Shown here: piece after piece, positions 43,868 through 53,258 of the stretch
Layout of the letters: each line of letters begins with the position of its first letter
Position numbering within the stretch: position 1 is the first letter of the stretch
Origin: a virus
DNA: 64,000 nt
IMG/VR virus record: IMGVR_UViG_3300005393_000370
Direction: 5' to 3' (one strand)
Translations under genes and position numbers: made by a program
The notes under the pieces: generated by a model
What the model was told of the DNA's origin: nothing
Databases searched by the model: none
What the model saw: only the letters and a program-made list of their open reading frames with translations

Positions 43868-46387
43868 ATGCCTGATACCCTGCCGCCGAAACTCTATCTC
43901 GATACCGAGACCTGCGGGCTGCACAGCATGATGGTGCTGTTGCAGTATGCCGTGGAAGACGGCCCCATTGTCTTGTATGAGGTGTGGCGGCGGCCGATCC
44001 GCGAAACGCTGGCGCTGATTGAATGGATATGCCAGCACACCGTTGTCGGCTTCAATCTTTCGTTCGACTGGTTCCACGTCGTCAAGATTTACACGATCTT
44101 TCGCCTTTGCGATCCCGACTGGATTCCCGAAGAGCATATCGACCAGATCGCCATGCTGGAGCCGCGAGGGCAAGACGGTCCTTGCGTTAAGCCGATGGCG
44201 GCCCTGGACTTGATGCTCCACAGCCGCAAAGGCCCCTACCAATCGCTGATGGCCCGCGAGGATGTCCGCATCAAGCGGGTTCCCACGGCCCTCGCCTACG
44301 CCCTGGCGCGCGAGCTGGAAGCCAGGGTCCAATTCGACAACATCTACTTCGCCAAGTCGGCCGACCCGGAAGCGCCCAGGTGGCAGGTCTTCGACCGCCA
44401 CGACAGCTTCGGCGATCTGGACCCCGACTTCAAGGATGTCGTCTTGAAGTTCACCCCGGCTGGCGGGTTGAAGTTTCTCGCCGAGCACGCCCTGAAGCTC
44501 AAGCCCAAGTATCAATACACCGACGTGGAGCCATCCCCGGCGTGGCGGCCTTACGAACTGGGCTATGCGCCCACGGCCTTGGCTGTGTCGAGTGCCGAGA
44601 AAGGCTGGGTGATTGAGACGGACGATGAAGACGCGGGAGAAGGGAGCGGGAAGAAGGTCACGAAGTACGCCTGGCCCGGAGTGATTCGTAAGTTCATCGA
44701 ACACTGGGCAACCCGTCAAGACGCCCGTGACTACGCTAACGACGACATCGTTTATACGCGGGCACTGGACAAGCATTTCGGCTGCCCGACGCCGGGCGAC
44801 AACGATTCCACCTTGACCTGCATGGTGGCCGCCGTCCGTTGGCACGGCTTCACGATTGACCGTGAAGGGATCAAGGCCCTGATGGCGAAAGCCCAGGCCG
44901 TGGTCGCGGCCAGCCCCGTGAATATCAACAAGCCACACGAGGTCCGGGCCTACGTCACGGCCGCGATGAACGACACCGAGAAGGTAATTCTCGAAGAGTC
45001 CACGAAGAAGGCCAACCTCGAAGCAATCAGCAAGTGGGGCATCGGCCGGATGTGCCCGACCTGCAAGGGCAAAGGCTGCATCGGCGAAGAGAAGGATGGC
45101 GTCACTTGCCCCGAGTGCAAAGGCGTCTGCCACGTCGGCGAACCGGAGCCGTGCGAAAAGTGCCAAGGCGGCGATCCGCAATGTGGCTGCTGCTGCGGTA
45201 CGAGCTTCCTGAAGGTTGGAAAGCATCCGGCGGCCGTTCGCGCCAAGGCAATCCTCGCCGTCAAGTTCGCCGCCAAGGAAATCGAGCTATACCACAAGCT
45301 GCTCCTGGCCGGCAAGTTCCATGCCTCGTTCATCGTGATCGGTGCTCTTTCGTCTCGCATGGCCGGAGCGGACGGTCTGAATGCCCAGGGCATCAAGCAC
45401 ACCAAAGAAGTCCGCCAGATGTTTCCCTTATTCTGGCCGGGCTACCTGCTCTGCGGCGGCGACTTCAGTTCGTTCGAGGTGACAATCGCCGACGCCGTGT
45501 GCAACGACGAAGCATTGCGGGCCGAGTTGATTGCTGGCCGCAAGATTCACGCCCTGTTCGGCATGGCGATCTTCCCCGGCACGACCTACGAGGAGGTCAA
45601 GTCGAGCGACGGCAGCACGACCAATGATATGTACACGAAGGGCAAGCAAGGCTTCTTCGGCACGATGCTCTACGGCGGCGACCACAGCACCCTGGTCAAC
45701 CGCCTGGGCATCAGCGAAGACGTTGCCAAGTCGGCCATCGAGAACTTCGGCAGCCGGTTCGTGGGCGTGAAGAGGTGGCGCAAGCGGGTTGCCGATTCAT
45801 TCTGCTCCATGTCGCAGCCCGGCGGCATCGGCACGAAGGTGGTCTGGAAAGACCCAGCCGACTACGCCGAGACGATGCTGGGCTTCCGCCGCTACTTCAC
45901 GTTGGAAAACCGCATTGCCCACGCGATTTTCAGCCTCGCCTGCAAGCCGCCCAAGCATTGGAAGAACTGCCAGGTCAAGGTGGTCCGCCGTGACCGCGTG
46001 CAGACGGCCGGCGGTGCCGTCGCTTCAGCGCTCTACGGTGCGGCGTTCGCCATGCAGGCGGCCAACATGCGGGCGGCAGCCAACCACGAAATCCAATCGC
46101 CGGGGGCCGAAATCACGAAGCATGTCCAGCGGAAGATTTGGGACTTGCAGCCGGTGGGCGTGAACGACTGGCACGTCGCCCCGATGAACATCCACGACGA
46201 GATCATGTGCGTCACTCGGCCTGACACCGTGCCGGCGGTCACGCAGGTCGTCCGCGATTCTGTTGAGCACTTCCGCCCCTACGTGCCGCTGATCGGCATG
46301 GACTGGTGCGAGGGCATGAACAACTGGGCGGAAAAGAAGAGCGGTGCCACGCAGATCAAGATTCGCGCCCCGGAGATGATGAGGTGA
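43868..46387 (+). CDS. polA: family A DNA polymerase with 3'-5' exonuclease and zinc-finger insertion
   Basis: ExoI YLDTET, ExoII GFNLSFD, ExoIII YANDD; motif A GGDFSSFE, motif B KQGFFGTMLYG, motif C IHDE; no 5'-3' exonuclease domain; start placed at ATG 43868. Confidence 0.92.
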   Translation: MPDTLPPKLYLDTETCGLHSMMVLLQYAVEDGPIVLYEVWRRPIRETLALIEWICQHTVVGFNLSFDWFHVVKIYTIFRLCDPDWIPEEHIDQIAMLEPRGQDGPCVKPMAALDLMLHSRKGPYQSLMAREDVRIKRVPTALAYALARELEARVQFDNIYFAKSADPEAPRWQVFDRHDSFGDLDPDFKDVVLKFTPAGGLKFLAEHALKLKPKYQYTDVEPSPAWRPYELGYAPTALAVSSAEKGWVIETDDEDAGEGSGKKVTKYAWPGVIRKFIEHWATRQDARDYANDDIVYTRALDKHFGCPTPGDNDSTLTCMVAAVRWHGFTIDREGIKALMAKAQAVVAASPVNINKPHEVRAYVTAAMNDTEKVILEESTKKANLEAISKWGIGRMCPTCKGKGCIGEEKDGVTCPECKGVCHVGEPEPCEKCQGGDPQCGCCCGTSFLKVGKHPAAVRAKAILAVKFAAKEIELYHKLLLAGKFHASFIVIGALSSRMAGADGLNAQGIKHTKEVRQMFPLFWPGYLLCGGDFSSFEVTIADAVCNDEALRAELIAGRKIHALFGMAIFPGTTYEEVKSSDGSTTNDMYTKGKQGFFGTMLYGGDHSTLVNRLGISEDVAKSAIENFGSRFVGVKRWRKRVADSFCSMSQPGGIGTKVVWKDPADYAETMLGFRRYFTLENRIAHAIFSLACKPPKHWKNCQVKVVRRDRVQTAGGAVASALYGAAFAMQAANMRAAANHEIQSPGAEITKHVQRKIWDLQPVGVNDWHVAPMNIHDEIMCVTRPDTVPAVTQVVRDSVEHFRPYVPLIGMDWCEGMNNWAEKKSGATQIKIRAPEMMR

Positions 46388-46695
46388 GATACATCGACCA
46401 CTACGAGATCGAATACAAGCGCCACGGCGGCGATTGGGAGCACATCGGCAACGTCTATCCTGGCTACCAATGGCGGGTCGTGCGCCCCTGGTTCCTGTTC
46501 TTCCTTTTCGCCTGGCCGACGATCGTCAACAACGCAACAGCGGCGGCGCTGCGGGCGCGCTGCCAGGCGACCGATGCCGCCCTAGCGCTCATCGACGGGG
46601 ATGCACGGGACCACTGCCGCATCTGGCGGTGGGAGCGCCGCGGTCGCCGCCTCACGAGACATATTGAGGGCCGGTTTGACGGACACCTGATCTGA
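46384..46695 (+). CDS. hypothetical protein, possibly membrane-associated
   Basis: GTG start overlapping the polA stop; hydrophobic PWFLFFLFAWP. Confidence 0.5.
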   Translation: MRYIDHYEIEYKRHGGDWEHIGNVYPGYQWRVVRPWFLFFLFAWPTIVNNATAAALRARCQATDAALALIDGDARDHCRIWRWERRGRRLTRHIEGRFDGHLI

Positions 46696-47093
46696 TGGGC
46701 AGCATCCGCCGACCAAAACATGGCCCCGAGTGGTACGTCCAGCAAGACCTGATCGCCTTTCTCAAGGCGCGGCGCTGGCACGTCGAGCATACGCACGGCA
46801 ATTTGTACCAGACTGGTTTCCCCGACTTGTACGTGATGCACGAGAAGTGGGGCCAGCGGTGGATCGACTGCAAACAGTCGAAGAAGTACACGTTCACCAA
46901 AGCCCAGCGCCAGAAGTGGCCGCTGTGGGCCGCCAAAGGGACCGGCATCTGGATACTCACTGCGGCCACGCAGGAAGAGTACGACAAGCTGTTCAAGCCG
47001 CCCAATTGGCGTGATTTCTGGAAGGCGTCGTGGGGGCAGGTTGCTGACATCGACGCCCTTCTGGACGAGCTAGACCGCACCGGCTGGCGATAG
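46695..47093 (+). CDS. VRR-NUC / PD-(D/E)XK-like nuclease
   Basis: GFPDLYV...WIDCK, KFT.AQ-like motif; 132 aa. Confidence 0.75.
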   Translation: MGSIRRPKHGPEWYVQQDLIAFLKARRWHVEHTHGNLYQTGFPDLYVMHEKWGQRWIDCKQSKKYTFTKAQRQKWPLWAAKGTGIWILTAATQEEYDKLFKPPNWRDFWKASWGQVADIDALLDELDRTGWR

Positions 47094-47144
47094 CTCGCCT
47101 CTCGCAACCCGTTACATGCCTCCAACTGCGGAGAGACCCTGCGC

Positions 47145-47645
47145 ATGAATCTGCAACAACGCCCCGAGCCGTGGATGTGTATGCCCTTGGCTTTCGCTGC
47201 CGCCTTGGACATACCGGTTGCCGACATGCTGACCGCTATTGGCCACGACGGCAGCGAGGTTGTCTTTCCAAGCCTTGCCGAGCCGCTGTGCCGGCGGGGC
47301 TTTCATATCCAAGAGCTGGTCCAGGTTGCCCTGGCACGCGGGCTGGCCGTCACGCCGGTTGAGTTGTTTCCCGTGCTGCAACCCACCGAGGCAGGGCCGT
47401 TCCACAGGGTCGTGCTCTACCCGGACAACAACTGGCGGCGCTTCGACGCCGTGATCCAAGGCAGTCGCGGCGTCATTGACGGCACGGGCGCTCGCCTCGG
47501 CCACATGGTCGCTTATGACCACGGCCGCATCTACGACCCCCGCGGGTCGGTCTACGACTACAGCCGTCTCGCTTGTGAAGCCCACCAGTTCTACACCCGC
47601 TGCGCCTGGCGGATCGACCCCATTGGAGGATGCAACCGTGAGTAA
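47145..47645 (+). CDS. putative C39-like cysteine peptidase
   Basis: Q.....C...A.A..L at the N-terminus; GHMVAY and IYDP give a plausible Cys-His-Asp arrangement. Confidence 0.5.
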   Translation: MNLQQRPEPWMCMPLAFAAALDIPVADMLTAIGHDGSEVVFPSLAEPLCRRGFHIQELVQVALARGLAVTPVELFPVLQPTEAGPFHRVVLYPDNNWRRFDAVIQGSRGVIDGTGARLGHMVAYDHGRIYDPRGSVYDYSRLACEAHQFYTRCAWRIDPIGGCNRE

Positions 47646-48312
47646 GCAATACAACAGCCAACTTCTCGCCGACATGGTGCAACTTGGTAGACCTTTCGGC
47701 GTCGAAGATAACGCCCGGCTGTACCCTCTCGTGACCGCCGGGGACGCCGCCGCCCGCAAGCAAATGATCGAGGGCAATATGTCGCTGGCCATCGCCAAAG
47801 CGGACAGCTTCATCGGGTGCTTTCCAACGCTCGCCTACCTTCGGGACGATCTCGTCAGCGTTGCGTTCGTTGGCCTCGTGAAGGCCACAAACAAGATTGC
47901 GGCAGGCAAGGGGCCGCGAAACACCGACGCGACGGCTCCAACCGACTTCATCGGTATGTGGATCAATCGGGAGCTTGGCGAACTGCTCGAAGACGAAGAA
48001 ATCGCCCCGCCGCACACATCCCTGCATCGGGCGCGCGCCCAGGGAAAAGAGCTGACCTTGCCCACGGTCTGCAACGTCATTCCTGAGCGATTCGAGACGC
48101 CCTCCTATTTGGAAGAGCTGGAGTTGCGCGACCTAATCGACGCCTGCTGTACTTGCGACGAAGAGCGCGCCTTCGTGGCGATGCGTGAAGCAGGCCACAC
48201 CTACGCCGAAGTCGCCAAGGCGATCAACATGCCGCTCAGCTCCACCTACGTCATGGCGAGAGACTTGGACGCCCGATTGCAGCACAAACTGAAAGCCATC
48301 CGTGACGAATGA
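47638..48312 (+). CDS. phage sigma-70-type sigma factor (regions 2 and 4)
   Basis: GDAAARKQMIEGNMSLAI, DDLVSVAFVGLVKA, WINREL and C-terminal HTH (GHTYAEVAKAINMPLSST); GTG start. Confidence 0.8.
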   Translation: MSKQYNSQLLADMVQLGRPFGVEDNARLYPLVTAGDAAARKQMIEGNMSLAIAKADSFIGCFPTLAYLRDDLVSVAFVGLVKATNKIAAGKGPRNTDATAPTDFIGMWINRELGELLEDEEIAPPHTSLHRARAQGKELTLPTVCNVIPERFETPSYLEELELRDLIDACCTCDEERAFVAMREAGHTYAEVAKAINMPLSSTYVMARDLDARLQHKLKAIRDE

Positions 48313-48884
48313 TACAGCGTATCTTCCTCGACCTGGACGACGTGTGCAACACGCTGGCACCCTTCGTGTTGCACTCGGTCGGATGCGTCATCGCTCCCGA
48401 TGATTACGCGAGCTACCCGCGTGAGTTTGGCTACCGCATTTCCGATGTCGCCAACTCGTTGCTTGGCGAGGCACGCTTCACACCGGCCACGCTCTGGGAG
48501 TCAATTCCGCGTTCGGTCTGGGTGAGGGTTCCTGAATCCCCCTTCTTCCATTGGCTCTTACAGACCTGCGCCGCGGCGGTCGGCCGTGAAAACGTCTGCA
48601 TCGCCACGAGTCCCACGAAATGCCCGGAGAGCCTTGCCGGCAAGCTGGAGTGGATTCACGACCATTTTCCTGCCTGGATGCACCGGCAGTATGCCGTCAC
48701 GCCGCGCAAACATCTGTTCGCCCGGCCGGATTCCCTCCTGATCGACGACTACGGCGAGAACACCGCTCGCTTCCGGGCGCTTGGCGGCCAAGTAATCCTC
48801 GTGCCGAGACCGTGGAACGAGAACTGGGCGTGCGATCCTCGCAGCTATTTGGAAGAGAACTTGGCGGCGGCACTCTCGAAATGA
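48309..48884 (+). CDS. HAD-family 5'(3')-deoxyribonucleotidase (NT5C-like)
   Basis: IFLDLDDV (DxD), GKLEWI..HF, LLIDD and PWN motifs. Confidence 0.85.
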   Translation: MIQRIFLDLDDVCNTLAPFVLHSVGCVIAPDDYASYPREFGYRISDVANSLLGEARFTPATLWESIPRSVWVRVPESPFFHWLLQTCAAAVGRENVCIATSPTKCPESLAGKLEWIHDHFPAWMHRQYAVTPRKHLFARPDSLLIDDYGENTARFRALGGQVILVPRPWNENWACDPRSYLEENLAAALSK

Positions 48885-48909
48885 GCACGTTTGGCAATCT
48901 CTCACGGGA
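48870..48909 (+). promoter_or_regulatory. bipartite 40-bp element, copy 3
   Basis: GCACTCTCGAAATGAGCACGTTTGGCAATCTCTCACGGGA, 36/40 identical to copy 1; upstream of the ligase gene. Confidence 0.75.
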
Positions 48910-48947
48910 GAGATAACAGACCTATTGACCTGAGCCGAAACGTAGCG

Positions 48948-50090
48948 ATGGCAAGGCGAGAGTTCCTGCAACTGGCCGACCATTACGACCCGCACAAACA
49001 TAGCGTGGCGGGTTGGTTCGTGTCGGAGAAACTGGATGGCACGCGCTGTTTCTGGGACGGGGGCATCACCCGTGGTCTGCCTACGGAGGCAGTGCCCTGG
49101 GCGTCGATCATCGACCCGAAGACCAATCAGAAGAAGGCCAAGAGCAAGCCCATTGCGACCGGCCTCTGGTCACGCTACGGCAACCCGATCATGGCACCAG
49201 ACTGGTGGCTCAATCAGCTTCCGTGCTGTCCCCTGGACGGCGAGCTGTGGGCCGGGCGCGGCAAGTTCCAACTCTGCCGGTCCATCTGCGGCGGAGACAC
49301 ACCGGACGAACGATTCGACAAGATTGTCTTCGCGGTGTATTCCAGCCCGCCGCTGGCGCAGGTCTTCGGCACCGGCGAGATCAAGAACTCCAACATGGTC
49401 TGCAACGTCGATTACCTGACCACCGAGCAGTGGATCAGGCAGCGGCTCTTCCAGAAAGGCGAGCGTTTCGAGCGCGTGCCCCGACCGCGACGTTGCCTGG
49501 GTGACGACTTCAAGTTCCTGCAACCGGGCCAGCCATTCGGCAAGGAATTGGCCGTGCTCAACACGGCGCTGGAGAACACTGACGCTTCGGTCTGTTACCT
49601 GCATCCACAGACGAAACTGATCGACATTCCCGATGCAGCCGGCGACCAGGTGGAGGAGTACCTGCAACGAGTGCTGGACCAGGGCGGCGAGGGCGTGGTG
49701 ATCCGCAACCCCGAAGGCATTTGGACGCCGAAGCGGCACCGCAACATCCTCAAGTACAAGCCATTCTCCGACGCCGAGGCCCGCGTAGTGGGTTTCACCA
49801 GCGGTCGGGAGACCGCCAAGGGCAGCCGGCTCTTGGGCAAGATCGGCGCGTTGATCGTGGACTACAACGGCAAGCGTCTCGAATTGTCCGGCCTGACCGA
49901 CGCCGAGCGCGAGTTCCTGAATCCCGACATGGCCCGCACGGCGGCCGACCAGCCTGGGCAGGACATGCCCGCCTTCTTCCAAGGCAAGTCATTTAAGCTC
50001 GGGCAAACCGTGACGTTTAAGTACCGCGAACTGTCCGATGACGGCATCCCGAAAGAGGCAAGGTACTGGCGGCGGAGGGACGTGGAATGA
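48948..50090 (+). CDS. ATP-dependent DNA ligase
   Basis: motif I EKLDG, DGELW, EGVVIR, ILKYKP and C-terminal OB fold; start placed at ATG 48948. Confidence 0.92.
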   Translation: MARREFLQLADHYDPHKHSVAGWFVSEKLDGTRCFWDGGITRGLPTEAVPWASIIDPKTNQKKAKSKPIATGLWSRYGNPIMAPDWWLNQLPCCPLDGELWAGRGKFQLCRSICGGDTPDERFDKIVFAVYSSPPLAQVFGTGEIKNSNMVCNVDYLTTEQWIRQRLFQKGERFERVPRPRRCLGDDFKFLQPGQPFGKELAVLNTALENTDASVCYLHPQTKLIDIPDAAGDQVEEYLQRVLDQGGEGVVIRNPEGIWTPKRHRNILKYKPFSDAEARVVGFTSGRETAKGSRLLGKIGALIVDYNGKRLELSGLTDAEREFLNPDMARTAADQPGQDMPAFFQGKSFKLGQTVTFKYRELSDDGIPKEARYWRRRDVE

Positions 50091-51064
50091 TCGACGTTTC
50101 CTCGATCCGTCTCTGCTGCGGGGACGCACGGGACCACTACGACCTGTGGGAGACCCCGACGCTCATCATCTCGGACGGGCCTTACGGACTGAACGGCTAC
50201 GATGGCGACCTTAAACGGCCCAGTCAACTCCCCGTGTGGTACGAGCCCCACGTTGCGGCATGGACCCGCCGCGCCACTGCCAGTACGACGCTCTGGTTCT
50301 GGAACACGGAAGTCGGCTGGGCGGAAGTCCATCCGGTCCTGCGGGACGCAGGCTGGATTTATCGGGCGTGCTGCGTCTGGGATAAGGGCCTCGCCCATGT
50401 GGCTGGCAATTCCAATACTCGGACCTTGCGGAAGTTCCCGGTCGTCACTGAGGTGTGCGTCCACTACGTCCGCGAGCCTCAGTTCCGATTGGCTGCCAAC
50501 GGGCCGACCGTCTCCGCCCAGGATTGGCTTCGGGAGGAATGGCGACGGACGGGGCTGTCGTTTGCCAAGGCAAACGAGGCGTGTGGCGTAAAGAACGCGG
50601 CCACCCGCAAGTACCTCACCGGCGATCACCTGTGGTACTTCCCGCCACGCGACGTGTTCCAAAGGTTGGTGGAGTTTGCCAATGCGAATGGCGACCCCGC
50701 TGGGCGTCCGTACTTCTCCGTTGACGGGGACACAAGTCTGCCTGCTTCGCAATGGGAGCAGCTTCGCGGGAAGTTCTATTGCGAAGCCGGGGTAACAAAC
50801 GTCTGGCAAGTCCCCGCGGTGCGCGGCAAGGAGCGGATCAAGGTCCAGGGCACCTCAGTCCATCCTAACCAGAAACCGCTCGCCATCATGCGACGGCTAG
50901 TGAGAAGCTGCTCAGACGCCGGTGACGTGGTGTGGGAACCGTTCGGTGGGCTCTGCACCGCTTCAGTGGCAGCAGGAGAACTCGGGCGGAAGGCGTTCGC
51001 CGCCGAAATCAATTCGGCGATCTACGAACAATCGTTGGCGCGAATCGAGCAAGCCGCACTATGA
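50087..51064 (+). CDS. N4/N6 DNA methyltransferase, beta class, variant motifs
   Basis: ISDGPYG, HPNQKP and VWEPFGGLCT; central helical insert. Confidence 0.85.
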   Translation: MIDVSSIRLCCGDARDHYDLWETPTLIISDGPYGLNGYDGDLKRPSQLPVWYEPHVAAWTRRATASTTLWFWNTEVGWAEVHPVLRDAGWIYRACCVWDKGLAHVAGNSNTRTLRKFPVVTEVCVHYVREPQFRLAANGPTVSAQDWLREEWRRTGLSFAKANEACGVKNAATRKYLTGDHLWYFPPRDVFQRLVEFANANGDPAGRPYFSVDGDTSLPASQWEQLRGKFYCEAGVTNVWQVPAVRGKERIKVQGTSVHPNQKPLAIMRRLVRSCSDAGDVVWEPFGGLCTASVAAGELGRKAFAAEINSAIYEQSLARIEQAAL

Positions 51065-51825
51065 CTGAAACTGCCAAGATCACGTATCGCCAGTACGGCG
51101 GCAAGGCGTCCATCGCGAAGTGGATCGTCTCCCACTTTCCCGACCACCGCACGTATCTGGAACCACTATGCGGCTCGGCTGCTGTGCTCCTGGCCAAACC
51201 GCGCTCGTTCGTCGAGGTCATCAACGATCTGGACGAGGTGGTCATGGGGATGTGGCGAGCGATCAAGTCGCAGCCGGAGCAACTGGCCGCCTTGGTGTGG
51301 GCCACGCCCTACACGGCTGCCAACTGGCGGGAACAGCCGGTGGGCGACATCGACCAGGCCGTGCTGCTGATGGCCCAAGGCGCGCAGTTTTACTGCGGCA
51401 ACGGCAATTCGTCCACATGGTCGCTCGATAAGTGCCCAGCCCCGCACAAGCCAAAGCCCGAGGTCTGGGCGGATTGGTTCCGGCGCGTGCTGCCGGCTGC
51501 CAACCGGATGCGCGGGGTCCAGTTGCTCCACGAAGATGCCCTGGTTGCCATCCAGCGGGTGTACCGTGATCCCGACGCCCTTATCTACACAGACCCTCCG
51601 TATGCAGGCCACGAAGCGGAGTACCGCTACCGCATCGACTATCCGGCGATGGTCGAGTTGCTGAATTCGGCCAAGGCCAAGGTGGTCGTGTCGGAGTACC
51701 CGGACGCGGCCGAGTTCTACCGCGGTTGGAACCGCATCGACCGAGTGACCGCCAGCCGGGCCGGAACGGGGCGGCACAACTATCGGGGCAAGACGAAAAC
51801 CGAAGTCCTCTTCACCAACTTCTGA
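51061..51825 (+). CDS. Dam-like (D12 class) adenine methyltransferase
   Basis: YGGK, YLEPLCGSAAV, EVIND and YTDPPY. Confidence 0.9.
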   Translation: MTETAKITYRQYGGKASIAKWIVSHFPDHRTYLEPLCGSAAVLLAKPRSFVEVINDLDEVVMGMWRAIKSQPEQLAALVWATPYTAANWREQPVGDIDQAVLLMAQGAQFYCGNGNSSTWSLDKCPAPHKPKPEVWADWFRRVLPAANRMRGVQLLHEDALVAIQRVYRDPDALIYTDPPYAGHEAEYRYRIDYPAMVELLNSAKAKVVVSEYPDAAEFYRGWNRIDRVTASRAGTGRHNYRGKTKTEVLFTNF

Positions 51826-51855
51826 GCCATTGATCCGACGATTGAGGTCCGCACC

Positions 51856-52881
51856 GTGAGTCAAACCGAAGAACTATCGCGCGTCCAAGCCAACATCGGC
51901 GACCTGGTGGAGCGTTTCGTGCTGGACCGCTGGCAAACCGGACAGCCGCGCTTCTACATCCACGACTTGCACGACTACATCGCCGCCCGGACGCAGATAG
52001 CTCCTGCCTCTCCCGATCGAATCCTCCGGCAACTTCGGCTGGAGGGCAAGTTCGACTACAAGGTCGTCAGCCGCTCGGAGTCCTGCTACGAAGTCACCGC
52101 GATTGGTCCAGGTCCGAAAACCAAGTCGGCGAAAGCTGCGACAGTCACGCGCAACCCGAAGCAAGAGGGCACCGCCTACTTCGATTGCATCCCGCAAGCC
52201 GGCTCGTGCCCTATCGGCTGCAACCAGTGTTTCTTCAACCGACCGGGCGCGTACTACGTTCCCCTGGACCGGTTGCCCCTGGTGCCCACGCCGGAAGAAG
52301 TCGGCGATGGCATCGTGCGAATGAACTGCGGCAACGACAGCAACAATCAGCGCGAGCTGGTGATCGACACCGCCAAGCAGTATCGGCGTTACTTCTTCAA
52401 CACGTCGATTCCCCGCTTCGATCTCCCTGGGCCGGTCGTGCTTACGGCCAATCCCAAGGAAGAGGATGAATCCCGCTACGCCTGGCCTGACTGGCACGGG
52501 GAAAGCTGGTACTCGCCAGCCGCCAACCTCATGTTCGTGCGGCTCCGCACCTCGGCCACAAACCTGGCCCTGGTGGACAAGGCCGTGGCCGCCTGGACCG
52601 CCGCCCAGGTGCCAGTGGTGATTACGTTCATGGCCTACTACGACCATGAACCAAACGTGCCGACCGACTTGATCTTCAAGGGGCCGTGCTACGAGTGGCG
52701 CGTGCGGCATATCAACCCCTACTGGTGCCCGACCAAGGACTTTATGCGCTGGGTCGTGTCCCGTTACGCCCAGAATCGGCTGGTGAGCATGTGCAGCAGC
52801 ATCAGTTCGGCCTACTGCCGGGACTGCCGCAACTGCGAGACCCACTACTTGCAAACGATGAAGCGGCTGCGCGGCGAATAG
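51856..52881 (+). CDS. radical-SAM-like protein with N-terminal winged-helix-like domain
   Basis: CPIGCNQC (CxxxCxxC) after an 85-aa N-domain containing SPDRILRQLR. Confidence 0.6.
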   Translation: MSQTEELSRVQANIGDLVERFVLDRWQTGQPRFYIHDLHDYIAARTQIAPASPDRILRQLRLEGKFDYKVVSRSESCYEVTAIGPGPKTKSAKAATVTRNPKQEGTAYFDCIPQAGSCPIGCNQCFFNRPGAYYVPLDRLPLVPTPEEVGDGIVRMNCGNDSNNQRELVIDTAKQYRRYFFNTSIPRFDLPGPVVLTANPKEEDESRYAWPDWHGESWYSPAANLMFVRLRTSATNLALVDKAVAAWTAAQVPVVITFMAYYDHEPNVPTDLIFKGPCYEWRVRHINPYWCPTKDFMRWVVSRYAQNRLVSMCSSISSAYCRDCRNCETHYLQTMKRLRGE

Positions 52882-52912
52882 CCGCTGCATCCATACTCCG
52901 AAGGAGGTTTTC

Positions 52913-53059
52913 GTGAATCAACTTGTGACACTCGTAATTTCGCTGCTGGCCGGCGTCATTGTCGTCACCATGACCTGCCCGCCGCTGGTGGCCATTGTCA
53001 CCGTCGTCGGTGTCTGTTTCATCGGAGCGATCATCGCCAAGGCGATGGGGAAAATCTGA
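52913..53059 (+). CDS. small membrane protein
   Basis: 48 aa translated by hand, almost entirely hydrophobic; AAGGAGG RBS, GTG start. Confidence 0.65.
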   Translation: MNQLVTLVISLLAGVIVVTMTCPPLVAIVTVVGVCFIGAIIAKAMGKI

Positions 53060-53258
53060 CCCGTCCTGCGGCTACGTGAGAGAAGGACCTGTCCGCTCCG
53101 CGGCCTCGGCCTGATGGCAAGTGCCTCCCGGCCGGGCGTCCGCACGGAGCATCGGCGATTCCGCCGTCAGGTCGCGCATCTGCTCGACGCCGAGCAGCGC
53201 GGCCAATAAAGCCTGCCCAACCCGTTAGCAACCGTCAACTGTCTCGCACTACGCGCCC

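Noticed and set aside
45053-45199. Intein in the DNA polymerase
   Set aside because: The insert is short and Cys-rich, with no C-terminal His-Asn or LAGLIDADG blocks; it fits a zinc finger.
28043-46387. Z-genome (2-aminoadenine) or 7-deazaguanine system
   Set aside because: A dNTP hydrolase-like gene and an unusual PolA are present, but no PurZ, DatZ-like HD protein, DpdA, FolE or QueC/D/E was recognised.
33487-53114. Exact 13-bp repeat GGCCTCGGCCTGA in two intergenic regions (33487, 53102)
   Set aside because: Exact 13-mer matches are expected by chance in 64 kb of GC-rich DNA, and flanking similarity is absent.
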